Source of the DNA: Octopus vulgaris
Lineage: Eukaryota
DNA length: 64,000 bases
Assembly: GCA_951406725.2 (NCBI GenBank)
Contig: OX597827.1
Span: 21,700,001-21,764,000 of the forward strand
Direction: 5' to 3'
The notes below the pieces were generated by a model. The model was not told the origin of the DNA, ran no database searches, and saw only the letters and a list, made by a program, of their open reading frames with translations. Position numbers and translations under genes: made by a program. Positions 45,607 to 57,522 of this stretch are shown piece after piece (position 1 is the stretch's first letter; each line of letters opens with the position of its first letter).

Positions 45607-47736
45607 CATCATCATCGTTTAACATCCGTTCTCCATGCTAGCATATATATATATATATATATAAAGCAAGAGAGAAGATGGAGATAAGATTAATAAAAGT
45701 TTATTAACACATTGACAAGACCAGACCTACAATTGTTTCAATTCATCACTTGCAGCATAAAATCAACCAAATTTAATTTAATTTAACTGAATCAATTTAG
45801 TTAATTACTACAAGTGATAGTATCTTCAGAGAAGGGCATACAAAGAAATTTATCATATTGTTTTAAAATATGTCTTGTTAATGTGTTTATAAACTTATAT
45901 TAATCTTATCGCCATCTTATCCCTTGGATTTTAATAATATTAATAATATATATGTATGTGTCTATATTGTTAGGTATTCAACCAGTTTGATCAAGGATAC
46001 TTTTATCACTCCAAGGTTTATATCCTCACCTGTACTTTGATATATATATATATATAAGACTTGAACTAGAGAAGTTGCAGGCATGAAAGCAAGGTCGAGA
46101 ATCAAAGGGCCTTAGAGTTAGCCTAGCAAAAACCAAAGTCTTAGTAAGTAGAAAGGTAGACAAATAACAAGCCTCTTCAGGTAGATGGCCTTGCTCAATC
46201 TGTAGAAAAGGTGTAGGTAGAAACTCCATAAGATGCACCCAGTGTAAGCTTTGGACACATAAAAGGTGCAGCAATATCAGAGGAAAGTTAAGGCACCGAG
46301 CTGGCAGAAACATTAGCACACCAGGCAAAATGCTTATCAATATTTCATCTGTCTTTACGTTCTGAGTTCAAATTCTGCTGAGGTTGACTTTGCCATTCAT
46401 CCTTTCGGGATCGATAAATTAAGTACCAGTTGCATACTGGGGTGCCTGAAGTACCAGTTGCATATTGGGGTGCCTGAAGTAGAAAAGAATATCAGAGGAA
46501 GGTTAACAGGGAAACTAGCTGTTGTACATGGACGGTGCACAGGTATAATAAATGCTGAAAATGCGCAGAAAATAGACTCCATCAACTCCAAGGGAACAAG
46601 CTAGAGGTAGTAGATAGCTTCCGTTATCTAGGTGACAAAGTTAGGATTGGAGGCGGATGCTCCAAGAGTGTAGCGGTGAGAATAAAATTAGGCTGAGCAA
46701 AGTTCAGAGAGCTCCTACCCCTGCTGGCAACAAAGGACCTCTCACTCGGAGCAAAAGGCAGATTGTTTGATGCCTGTGTGCAAGCAGCTATGCTGCATGG
46801 CAGTGAAACATAGGCTGTGACAGCCGAGGACATGTATGGGCTTGAGAGAAAAGAAGCCAGTAAGCTTCACTGGATATCCAATGTCAGTGTGTGTCTGACG
46901 GATTGTAAGCATGTTGAGCGAAAAGTTAAGCATAAGAGGAATCAGATGTGGTGTGCAAAAGAGACATATTTCACAGAAATTTTTTGAGCATATCAAATAA
47001 ATGTGCAGAATATTTTTGTTGATAAAAATTTGAAATGTTCCAAACTTACTTTGAAAGCTTTACAACTGCACTGGAATTTATGTTCTGGTTGAGTTCGGTT
47101 CCGGCTAGTTTCAAAAAACGCAAAATGTAAAAATCCCAATGGTTGTTTACGATTCACTTTGCACTTAACCACCATTATATTTTTGGTGACACGCTGGACA
47201 AGAGGTCCAGTAATCTCGGTAGCCATAACCCATATTTCTTGTTTGGTCTCATTTGTTACCTGAAGAGAATTCAAGGCAGAATTTTTTAAAATAAGTGGAA
47301 CAGCCTCTTCATCACATTCTATAGCAGCTTTGATATGTGTACACGTTTGGTCCACAGTGTACTGTGTGTTCCGACAACAACTGTCAACATAGCAACGGGA
47401 CGTTTCTAACAACATACTTGGATTGACTTCAGAGGCTGGATTGCCTTCAATGTCTTGAACAAAAGGTAACTGTACAAATCCCCGGTAATCGGGGCCACGA
47501 TCACGAAGTCTTACAGAGAATACTTGCATTGTTGAACCAGTAATGATTCGAACAGCATCAGCACTGTGGCCACGCTTTCTTTCCTTTTCTTTAAAAACAA
47601 CATCACAAGCTTTGTTTTTGCAGCTGATGCCACGTGTGCCATTGTACGTCCCACATTTAGGGCACTTACGAACCCCACGCAATGTAGGTTTACCAAGGTC
47701 CTCAAACAATGCCTTCAGTTTCTCAGCTGTGGTCAT
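30428..47736 (-). CDS. C2orf42: C2orf42 homologue (uncharacterised, N-terminal treble-clef zinc finger), complete CDS, about 589 aa
   Basis: Exons 47736-47050, 43761-43629 (or 43623), 41265-41116, 38318-38193, 35630-35529, 34491-34283, 32578-32419, 30630-30428; 1770 nt in frame. Recognised motifs: [74 protein letters not shown]. Confidence 0.93.
32419..32578 (-). CDS. C2orf42: C2orf42 coding exon 7 ([17 protein letters not shown]...ELKTFLKV)
   Basis: ttgtag / gtaagt; phase 0-1. Confidence 0.93.
34283..34491 (-). CDS. C2orf42: C2orf42 coding exon 6 (PEPLVFH...[17 protein letters not shown])
   Basis: ttccag / gtaagt; phase 1-0. Confidence 0.93.
34897..35307. mobile_element. Merlin-like MITE (about 410 bp)
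   Basis: TIR of about 28 bp starting GG; 8-bp TSD AGACCAAC. Confidence 0.85.
35529..35630 (-). CDS. C2orf42: C2orf42 coding exon 5 ([21 protein letters not shown])
   Basis: cctcag / gtgaga; 102 nt, phase 1-1. Confidence 0.9.
36808..37897 (+). mobile_element. Decayed RTE-like LINE (different family), SINE inserted at about 37270-37455
   Basis: [30 protein letters not shown]; (GAT)n tail. Confidence 0.85.
38193..38318 (-). CDS. C2orf42: C2orf42 coding exon 4 ([10 protein letters not shown]...PPKKS)
   Basis: ttccag / gtaaat; 126 nt, phase 1-1, open. Confidence 0.8.
39153..40580 (-). pseudogene. nad5: Second nad5 NUMT copy (39153-39247 + 40321-40580), split by piggyBac
   Basis: Close duplicate of 41956-42290 with the same nad5 motifs. 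Confidence 0.85.
39248..40320 (-). mobile_element. Internally deleted piggyBac transposon
   Basis: TTAA TSDs (39244-47, 40321-24); TIRs CCCTTTCGTTAC/GTAACGAAAGGG; ORF 39952-39617 has an acidic N-terminus and the [19 protein letters not shown] motif of piggyBac transposase; empty site at 42048-42051. Confidence 0.92.
41116..41265 (-). CDS. C2orf42: C2orf42 coding exon 3 (linker, AAKKLRKDD)
   Basis: ttccag / gtgagc; 150 nt, phase 1-1, open. Confidence 0.8.
41290..42290 (-). pseudogene. nad5: NUMT: decayed mitochondrial nad5 fragment, interrupted by a SINE at about 41367-41772
   Basis: With the invertebrate mitochondrial code and small frameshifts: [71 protein letters not shown]. Confidence 0.85.
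41367..41772 (+). mobile_element. tRNA-derived SINE family A (CORE-like), full length; other copies about 297-452(-), 16877-17232, 31432-31832(-), 45210-45560, 53568-53975, 54300-54650(-), 61735-62117, 63578-63947
   Basis: A box TGGCTGTGTGG, B box GGTTCAGTCCC, CTTGGGCAA core, internal (TA)/(TG)n, tail GAAACAAGTAAAAGAG. Confidence 0.85.
43145..43554. mobile_element. Merlin-like MITE (about 410 bp), inverted relative to the 34897 copy
   Basis: Same TIR; 8-bp TSD GTTTTCCC. Confidence 0.85.
43629..43761 (-). CDS. C2orf42: C2orf42 coding exon 2 ([17 protein letters not shown])
   Basis: cttcag acceptor; two tandem donors (exon ends 43629 or 43623). Confidence 0.9.
44460..45143 (-). mobile_element. 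5'-truncated RTE 3' end; related pieces about 7131-7640(-), 14905-15560, 17760-18067, 31000-31426, 38610-38806, 52265-52587, 55085-55326(-), 59600-60013(-), 60447-60790(-)
   Basis: [21 protein letters not shown] plus 3' UTR matching 25110-25757; (GAT)n tail. Confidence 0.85.
45723..45835 (-). ncRNA. Type I hammerhead ribozyme motif with long stem II
   Basis: CUGAAGA..AUCACUUGUAG/CUGCAAGUGAU..GAAA-CAAUUG-UA. Confidence 0.5.
46060..46965 (+). mobile_element. Fragment of the same RTE family with a SINE inserted (46292-46487)
   Basis: Homologous to 24490-25105; 19-bp TSD AATATCAGAGGAA(A/G)GTTAA flanks the SINE. Confidence 0.85.
47050..47736 (-). CDS. C2orf42: C2orf42 coding exon 1
   Basis: ATG at 47736 (MTTAEKLK), acceptor before 47773, donor AAA|gtaagt. 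Confidence 0.93.
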
Positions 47737-48504
47737 ACTGATTACTCCCAATGGCAATTTCAGGCAAAGAAGCCTAGAAAAGAAAAAAATTACAACTATA
47801 AATACAAATACAATAAAGAAAATACTGAGTGAATGTGTTATTTTGGAAGGAGGGTGTGTGACCTGCTCTTTGCAAATTTAACACACATACATATATATAT
47901 TCGTATATTGAAGGTAGATCTAGTATGGCCTTCGCAGTGATGACTAAAATAACATCATCTCAACAGACACCAGTTTTCACTTCAATAGTGCTGACCATTG
48001 CTAATCCTAGCAACCCCTACTAACTTATATATTTCTGCAGGGATTAAATAAGAACAGTCTCCAAATGCTCTTTCTGACCTATCTACACTAAATCTCAGTT
48101 TAAATGACAAACAAGCAGCAAATAAATAAGAGAAATACCAGATATGAATGTAATTGTTTATGAAACCCAATAAACTGTGAAGGGCCTGTGTTTTCTTCCA
48201 GTTTCATGGTTTGAAATGGAGGAGATATCTTTTCGTGGCTAAAATACTGGTCAATATCAGTTAACATTTTGAGATGACGTTGCCTACACCCTGGTGAACT
48301 TAAGGCAATCAAGTATTCTACCCAGAAACATAAGGAAACACTTCACCTATGGAGTTTGAATTATCATTCTATCAGCAGGTAGGTAATTCAATACAGTACC
48401 ACCTTAGCCACCTTACCTGTACAGTACAGGTGAAGTATTCAATGGATTTCACATGTTTCAGTACAATATAAAGGTGAACAACAGAATGCTAACAGATGAC
48501 TTAC

Positions 48505-48573
48505 CTATGAGATCTACCCAAGCAGTTAGATGTGCAAGACGGTTTATCAAAGAAATCTATATTGAAGAGGAGG
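48505..48573 (-). other. Putative 5' UTR exon of C2orf42 (alternative donor would extend it to 48417)
   Basis: Long polypyrimidine tract + ttgcag; donor AG|gtaagt; second donor CAG|gtaagg. Confidence 0.5.
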
Positions 48574-50737
48574 CTGCAATAATATAGGAATGGAGAAGTG
48601 AAGAAAACTCATCTTGATTTTGTTCTTTCACAAAGTTTATGAAGAATTGCCAATCATGTAAGTTCCAATTTTAGTAGAACCAGAGGTGGTACAAACATTT
48701 CTCTGCTTTATCTATTATACATACAGTCACAACTGTTGAGAGAACATACAAATAAAGGCGGGTTATAATTAATGATTTTCAACCAATAATTATTTTAACA
48801 CAGAATTGAAATTTTGTAGTCAAATGTGTTAGAAAATGGCAAGTGATTGTCATAGCTATAACGTTAGGGATAAACACCAGACTGGATTGGCTTGAAACTT
48901 GGTTTCAGACGACTTTCAATGAAAAAAAGGTCTATTTTCAATAAGGCTGATTGCCACGTAAAAAGCACTGGTGTTGGTGCAAAGTAAAATGCACCTGTGC
49001 TGGTGCCACATAAAAAGCACCAAATACACTGAAACCTGGTGCAGCTGCTATCAAACCGACCGACAGCATGAAAAACAGACGTTAAATGATGATGAGCATC
49101 ATCAACATCATCAGCTCCTCATAGTTCTTCTAAATGCTGCATGGTTGGGATACATTGCCAGCTTCGATTTGACATCGCTTTTCCTATTATGAATAATTAA
49201 AAACACAACGTTAGGTGTTCCTCAACTTTAGTAAAAGCTTCGGTTTTTGTAGGTTTGTAACGTGTTCTTTATTGGTTGCTCCACTGGCAGGAAAACTACT
49301 TCCGTGTAGCAATAGAACTGGAAGAGATGTGTCTAACGGGGAAAAAGATGCAAAGAGCAGAAATGAAAATGAAAACACTGGCAAGTCAATGAAAAATGAA
49401 CGCGCGGATTTGTTGATGCTATATTCCTGGTCATAACAAGTGTTAATTTTCAGACTGAAGGGCCAAACAAAACAATACGTGTGTGTTTAATGTAATATAA
49501 TATAATGCGGGAATAGAAACTTTCCATATCAGTCGTTTACTGCCGAGGAATAAAACAGTGTCAGCTTCCTTTCAAGATCCTTGAACCGAAAAAATACGCC
49601 ATCTTCATTAACTTCGATGAGGAGGATTTTATCAATTATGCTGAACATAGGGAAGACATAAAGCAATGCAGTTATTTTTTTCTCTTCACTTTAAAATTTC
49701 ATGTCTCGTACCTACAACACGAGAAACTGTTACTGCAAGCAGACGAAATTATAAATACCCCCAGGAAGACACTGAAAATGATTGACATAAAATCATGAAA
49801 TAAGGGACTGCAATTATGTTAAAAATTTGGTACTTTAATAAAACTGCATTTCACCACGTGTCAAAAACTAATTGTTGTTTTCCAGCCCCGCCATCTCTAC
49901 ATGTGCTTTCAAAGCAACCAACATCAACAAAAAAGAAACTGATGAGATCATTGTCAGCTTCAATAAACAATCGATAGAAAATTAACGATTAACATTCGTT
50001 GTAATTTATATATTGATTTCAATGCGTTGTACAAGCGAGAAACAAAAAAACGAATGTGATTGCATATAATTGTGGCAGGTGAAAGCAAACTCGTTAGCTC
50101 TCTGCTGTTATTTAATTATTGAAGACCGAAGAAGCCAACCCTGCCAGTTACGTTTGAAATGAAATGTAAACGAGAGGAAACTGAAAATAGGAGCTATTGG
50201 GATGTCTTTAGGAAATACATGAAACAATTCATCGTAAGAACATTCTAACATCGAGTCAACTCCAGACATTGGTACTACTTTAGAACAATGGTCCCGGTGC
50301 GCGCACTCGCGTATCCGCGCTAGCTAGTCATGACTAGTCGATCCTGACTGTGTTTTTGTGTTATTTACTTTATTTTAAAAAATCATTCTCAAGTAGTTCC
50401 CAGACATTTTAGGACATTTAGACATCAAAACATTGAATGTTGGAACATGACTGCTGACTGTGGGGACAAAGCATAATCAAACAGCTCTCCATTAGCCTTG
50501 GACTGAAACACAAAATGTATTATTTAAACAGTGATGATTCGCAGGACGAGGGCGATTTTTAAAATTATTATTAAATAAAAAATATTCAGGAGAAAGGAAA
50601 GGGAAAAAAAAAACAACAGAACGCTGATGTTGGGAATGAATATTAAGGAATAATGGAGAAATATTTAAGACGGATGTTGTGTGGTTAGTTAAACGAAGGC
50701 AAGAGATTACAGTAGAAAATCTGAAATACACGGTTAC

Positions 50738-50905
50738 CTGTTTAATAATTGCTAAACCATGTCAGAGAGATTCGAAGTGTTTGTATTGACGAGAGAAACA
50801 AATACAGACGGACATGTTGGAAATTTGTCTAAAAAACGAAAAGTAGGCGATCGTCGATTGGCTGGATTTAACCACATGATATTAACTTTTATTTCATTGG
50901 TTAAA
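50738..50905 (-). promoter_or_regulatory. Candidate promoter / first non-coding exon of C2orf42
   Basis: Unique CpG-containing DNA, two CCAAT boxes on - (about 50858 and 50897), CAG|gtaacc donor at 50738; inference only. Confidence 0.3.
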
Positions 50906-51334
50906 CACAAAGATCCGTACACCAACTCACACATACACATACGCATATACATACACACACACACGCGCGCATGCACGCACACACACACACACACGAATGA
51001 CCACATATATACATCATACATACACACACATGCAAATACATACATACACACACTCACACACACACATGCATGCCCACATATATACATCATACATACACAC
51101 ACATGTAATCACAACAACTACTGCTTCAACCTCACCTCCCCTATTTGCTCTCTTCCCCTCACCATCACCTTTGTTTATGCAGTTATTTGGTTATCAACCA
51201 GACAAAAATACCCAGGAGTACCAACTGCATGAAATCTTAACAGCAAAGCTGGCACACTTGATGTAGTAACACCAAGAAATTTTACTTCATTAAATTTCAT
51301 TCTTGATTATAATAATAATAATAATAATAATAAT

Positions 51335-52023
51335 ATGCCCTGATGCAGTACCAGGCAGTGGCTCTCATGGCTTCTGATCTTAATTGATTGGAAGTGTTAT
51401 CATGTACATTGTTTTGTCTTGGTATAAAAGATGGGCTACAGCAAATATTCTGCTCAATATCACAGATTTGCTTATCAGTTGTTTCACCTTAACCAGTTGA
51501 GCATGTCCTTTTGTGGCTGACAGCATGTGCATCTCTGATCACAAGCAGAAGTAGTGGGGGAGCATCATAGCCGTGTGTTAAGGATTCTTAGGGGTTTGAA
51601 TAATTCACCTCTGGAAACATAGATGTTTCGTTCAACATCCTTAAACAACCCTTATTCATATGCCCTGATGCAGTACCAGGCAGTGGCTCTCATGGCTTCT
51701 GATCTTAATTGATTGGAAGTGTTATCATGTCAGGTCCCTTCATGGATTTTTTTGTTCAACATCCTTAAACAACCCTTATTCAGGGACCTTTTGAGCAGGA
51801 TGGGTTGCTCGACCAGAAGAAAATTCTAAGTGGGCCCCACCTGCAAGGTCGTGTGCTGTTTATCTTGATATGAGATCACCATGTCGCACACATATGGTTG
51901 TGATGCATGTGCCTAGTGTACCCTTATCAGACGAGTAGTCATGATGGGTATACTGGGCTTCATATATTTTATCCCAGTGTCACTTTGATGGCATGCACTA
52001 CTTTCTCACTTAATAATAATAAT
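51335..52023 (+). mobile_element. Non-coding retroelement 3' region embedded in (TAA)n; second copy at about 12230-12725 (-)
   Basis: Two dispersed copies, both ending in (TAA)n; internal duplication 51659-51790. Confidence 0.7.
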
Positions 52024-52224
52024 AATCCTTTCTACTAAAGGCACAAGGTGTGGAATTTGGTGGGAAGAGGGCAAGTCACCTACACCAACCTCAGTGCTCC
52101 ACTGGGACTTATTTCATTGACTCCGAAAGGATGAAAGGCAAAGTTGATTTTACCATAATTTGAACTCAGAACGTAACGACTGGTGAAATACTGCCAAGCA
52201 TGGAAAGCGGATGTTAAATGATGA

Positions 52225-52262
<38 letters not shown>

Positions 52263-55200
52263 CATATTCAATGACTGACACCCGTGCCACTGGAGCGCTA
52301 AGAGCACCATCCGAGCCTGATTGTTGCCAGAGTAGTTGACTGGCTTCCACGCCGATGGCACATAAAAATGCCAGTGGCACGTAAAAAACATTCAAGCGAG
52401 GTCGTTGCCAGTGCCACTGTACTGGCTCCTGTGCAGGTGGCACGTAAAAGCACCCACTATACTCTCAGAGTGGATGGCACTCAGAAGGGCATTCAGCTGT
52501 AGAAACTCTGCCAGATTAGATTGGAGACTGGTGCAGCCATCTGGTTCGTCAGTCTTCAGTCAAATCGTCCAACCCATGCCAGCATGCCTTTAAAACGAAT
52601 GAAGGTTCTCAGGCAACAGTTCTATTGTCTTCTCACAAGAACTGTAATGTCTTCTGGTCAGATCTGAAGAAATAATTATTCTACTGATGCTGTGGTGGTG
52701 TGTACCAATGTTTTGGCTTTTATTCAAGACACAGTTACGAATGAAGATATGACAATCAGGCCTTTAGGAAGAAATAGAGAATTGTAATTTCCCATCCTGA
52801 TGTTTTAACGACTGGTTGTTGAAAAAACTGAAAGATGGATCCAAATTTAACCCCTTAGCTTTTAACTGGCCAAGTCTTACCCAAATATTCTACCTGGTTT
52901 TAAGTTCAAACTGGTAAGATCTGGCTTCTCGCACCAACCTTACAATGTCAATCTAAAAAGACAAAAACCACATCAATATCTCAAAGCTATGAGACACTGC
53001 AGGATTAATTGAAAACCATAGGGATTAGATTTGGCAGGAATTCCAACCACATTTCATAGTTCGCTACCTCATCATCTCCCTTGTAGGATCCTGTAGCTAA
53101 AGACATCATCTGGAGAAACCATGTCCAGTTTTGGCCCCTACTCCTCTACCGTTTTCGACCTGGTGCCCCCTCCACTTTCGGCGGTGTCTTCGGCTCTGGT
53201 GTTGAGTGCATTTTTTTTCTTTCTCCTTTTCTCTTTTGGTTTATTCGATGCAGCGTCAACAAATGTCAGCGGGCGAATGACCATCCTGTCAAATTTCCCT
53301 TTAAATACTCACTGGTAGGCTCCAGCAGCCAACACCAGCTAACTGTCACATGCTACTATCTAAGCTTCAACTGACCAAAGGGGAAAGACACAGAGTTTAG
53401 GCCCATAGTTATTTGGGTACTAAATCTAACTTGGCAAACAAGATAATGCTGAAGAGCACAACATTAATATGAAATAGAATTTTAGCTTTCAAACAAGTCA
53501 AGACATTTCACAGATTGCAGGTTGTCTCTGTACACCAACAGCTTCAACAGGAAAAGCGATGTTGGTTGGGAGTGGCTGTTTGGTAAGTAGCTTGCTTACA
53601 AACCACATGGTTCTGGGTTCAGTCCCACTACGTGGCACCTTGGGCAAGTGTCTTCTACTATAGCCTCAGGCCGACCAAAGCCTTGTGAGTAGATTTGGTA
53701 GATGGAAACTGAAAGAAGCCCGTCGTATATATGTATATATATATATATATATGTATGTGGGTGTATATGTTTGTGTGTCTTTGTTTGTCCCCCAACATCG
53801 CTTGACAACCGATGCTGGTGTGTTTACATCACCATAACTTAGCGGTTCGGCAAAAGAGACCGATAGAATAAGTACTAAGCTTACAAAGAATAAGTCCTGG
53901 GGTTGATTTGCTCGACTAAAGGCGGTGCTCCAGCATGGCCACAGTCACGTGACTGAAACAAGTAAAAGAGTAAAGCAGTTTAATAGATATGGAAGTTTAC
54001 AGTAATTCAGTGCTTCTTCGATGTTACAACAGATTACATAAATTGCAAAATTTTAGGTAATTCAGGACATGAAAAATTTTGTTTTACCCTTGCTCCACCT
54101 CAAGTAGAATTATGTTATATGGTCGATCAAACCATACACGATGCTTGTGTCTGACAACCGGACACATTGCCCCGACATGCAAAGTGGTTTCTCGTCTTTG
54201 AAGCTCAACTTCTTATTTAATAATCCCATCATAACTGTTTCTTCACAAACACCTAATTTATTAAAGCTTTTATCTTTTCTTTTGTCTGTCATTAAACTGC
54301 AGACCAAGCTGGAGCATTACTTAGAAGCATTGTTAGTTGAATGAATTGATCCCAGGACTTTTTTTTAAAGTCTGGTACTTATTCTGTCAGTCTCTTTTCC
54401 CAAACTGCTAAGTTATGGAGATGTAAACACACCAACACCAGGTAGTAGGGAACGAACACACACACGTATATATACACATGTGTGTGTATATATATGTATA
54501 TATTACAGGCTTCTTTCATTTTCTGTCAAACAAATCCACTCACAAAGTTTTGGCCCTAGGCTATAGTAGAAGACACTTGCCTAAGGTACTGCACATTAGG
54601 ACTGAACCTGGAATCATGTTTGGAAAGCAAGCTCCTCACAACACAGCCATGCCTAAACTTCTTCACCTCAACATGCCATTAACACCAATGTTAACCACAG
54701 CTTCTGTGGACAAGAGCTAAGGTTTCTAATACACGTTCGTTTGCAAATCCTCGTCACTTTCACATTAAACATTCAACCAATCAGTCACTCAGTAACCAAT
54801 TAACTCAGTCAGCCATTGGTTATACTATCAATAATTAGATATTTACTTAATCAGTCAATTAAATGCAGATCACTAAACGAACCGAGTGAAGCCTTCAGAA
54901 ATAAATCAGAAAACAATCCAATAATTTGGACAGGGAAATATTTGGTAGGAACCTATTTCTTCATTTAGGTCCTTTCTGTGTTTTATAGCAACAGACCCAA
55001 GGCCCATTTTGTACTCTTAGAATGAAGTTAGTCTATTTTAGAGTTACAGAGCTGTCATTGAACCTGTTATTTTAGGGAGCATTTCATCATCATCATCATC
55101 GTTTAACGTCCGTTTTCTGTGCTGGCATGGGTTGGATGGTTCGACCGGGGTCTGGGAAGCCAGAAGGCTGCACCAGGCTCCAGTCTGATCTGGCAGTGTT

Positions 55201-56519
55201 TCTACAACTGGATGTCCTTCCTAACGCCAACCACTGTGAGTGTAGTGGATGCTTTTTACGTGCCACCGGCACAGGTGCCAGGGGAGGCTGGAAACGGCCA
55301 CGATTGGTTGGTGGTTTTTACATGCCAATTCTTAAACCAGTTACTTGACATCAAACAGCAGACAACTTCTCCTTCTTGTCTAGGGTGATTAAATGTGATA
55401 GAAGTAAGTGATGTGTACAGTAGAATTAAGTAGGAGTTGTATTCCTGCGAATGTGCCAAAACTGGGCACCACCAAGCCCCAGTATTGACATGAAGGTCTG
55501 GCAATATGGTTCAATAGTTCAGCCAATGGTGCTGTCTGGCAGTGAAATATAGAAAATATCAGCAAAGATTGCCAAAGAAACTGGACACATTTCCCTAATT
55601 TTGCTAATAAAAGATGTTTAAAATAACCTGAAGAGAAAGAATTATGGAATCCTTCAGTAAAGCAAATAATCCCAGCCACAAGACATCATGGCACAACATC
55701 AGTTTTACCCAACAGATCGTATTTTGGTGCCAGTCATACTTGAAGACTGCAAGGAAAGGGGAAATGGAAAAAAGGGCCAATCCAAGAACAGCTGGGATCA
55801 GACATTCCCCAAAGACTTCAAATGTACAATGACCAGTTCCAGAAGAAAGAACTGAACCAGATCAATCCGGAATGGGAGGAGGCTTGCTGCATTATTTATA
55901 TCACAACACAGAGTGATCTAAGTTGAAGTAAGTTACTTGACAAAACTTAAGAGCTAAGAACCCATCACAAAATGGTTTGGGGATAATTCCCACTGCATGG
56001 ACAATTAGAATTTCATAGAAGCATTTGTGTATGTGTGTGGTTGTAAAGGCAGAATTCAAGGAGACTGGTGGTCGGTGCCAGTAAGAACTGGGAAGTAGAG
56101 TTTTCAAATATTCCAGAGGAAGTCCGACTTGAGGATTGAGACTAAAAGGAGAAACAAGACAGAAGTGCTTTAGAGTGTCTGTGTGAGTGGCTGGAAGTAA
56201 GTGAAGGGGAACACAAAATAACATCATAAGACAGCTTAAGAGAGTTTGTACAGAGAGGAAGTAATGAGGAAGGCAAATGTGATAGGAGAAGGATTTGGTC
56301 CAAAACATCAGAAATTCTACTCTGCATTGAGTAATAACTTTTACTGTTACCTAAATGTAAGTATAGGTGTGTGTGTGTGTGTGTGTATGTGTGGTTGTTT
56401 AGCTGTATAAACCAGTATTGCAACCATTTATGTCCCAAACACTAACTTAGCTTTTGGGTGAAGAGACAAGGATTTAAAAGTGTGTAACTGGTCAATAAAA
56501 TTGACCAAAAGCTTTCGAT

Positions 56520-56805
56520 TAGGGAGCAAATATTTAAGAAAAAGTGGAAGTGGATTGGTAGCACAATTAGAAAAGACACACCAGATGTAGCGAAAAGTGC
56601 TTTACAGTGGAAACCGGATGGATACAGAAGGAGAGGTAAGCCTAAGAACTCGTAGTGGAGATCAACACAAAAGGAACTAGAGAGAAAGGGGGACATTCAT
56701 GGCAGAGTATAAGTACAGAAGCCAAATATTATGCGACTTGGAATTCAACTGTAAGTGGCCTATACTCCGTGTTGGAGGGTTAAAGGCATAAAGAAAGAAG
56801 AAGAA
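56520..56805 (+). mobile_element. RTE-like LINE 3' end
   Basis: KWKWIG..ALQWKPDGYRRRGKPKNS; (GAA)n tail. Confidence 0.65.
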
Positions 56806-57033
56806 AAGCTTTGAGCATGGTGCCCCAGCATAGCCACAGTAAGGGATTAAAAGGAGAGGTCATCAACAGATGGTTAACTTAAATTGGAAATTTAATCAAT
56901 TATTTAGAAAGAAAATGAAATTTTTCCTCAAATGTTTACTTTCTCAATGATTTTGATTAAATTGCAAACATAAAAAATAATTTAATGAAAATAAGCAATT
57001 ATTTTGTTTTAATTAGTTTTAATTAGATGAGGT

Positions 57034-57210
57034 TTAAGGAGGTGTAAAGCTATGTCGTCCACTGATTATTTGCATTAAAGGAGAATGTTCAACAGTTGTT
57101 TCAGGTAATTCATTGGTGATGGAATCTGTGCTCTCCTCCATCTGTGTTGCTCCATCACCAACACGGAGATGAGCAATCTGTCGCAGCAACGCTTTGCCTT
57201 CTTCTTTCGT
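57034..57210 (-). CDS. CDC23: CDC23 last exon (TKEEGKALLRQI...FTPP*)
   Basis: cttcag acceptor, TAA stop. Confidence 0.92.
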   Translation of the reverse strand, partial: TKEEGKALLRQIAHLRVGDGATQMEESTDSITNELPETTVEHSPLMQIISGRHSFTPP

Positions 57211-57490
57211 CTGAAGAATAAATGAAAACATTTTGATAGGAAAAATCCAAATTTAAAATATTTTCATTTCAAATTGATTATAAATTAGGAGAGATTTTTT
57301 TAACAGTTTGGCTCAACTTCTTGTGGAAAAAAACCCAGTTTCTCTTTTTTTTATGGCAAAGTCTCTAAATATTATATATTTCAACTCTAAATTTAAATAA
57401 TAAGGGTAAAAAATTGATATTCATTTGATTAATATCAATTTAAACCAGTGGCCTAGCATATTGAAAAAAATCTGAAGATTCAGAAATATA

Positions 57491-57522
<32 letters not shown>

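Noticed and set aside
47935-47994. C/D snoRNA-like GTGATGA...CTGA
   Set aside because: Antisense to the host gene, weak terminal stem, no recognisable guide.
54110-54344. Overlapping 65-67 aa ORFs on both strands
   Set aside because: No recognisable motif or coherent splice partners.
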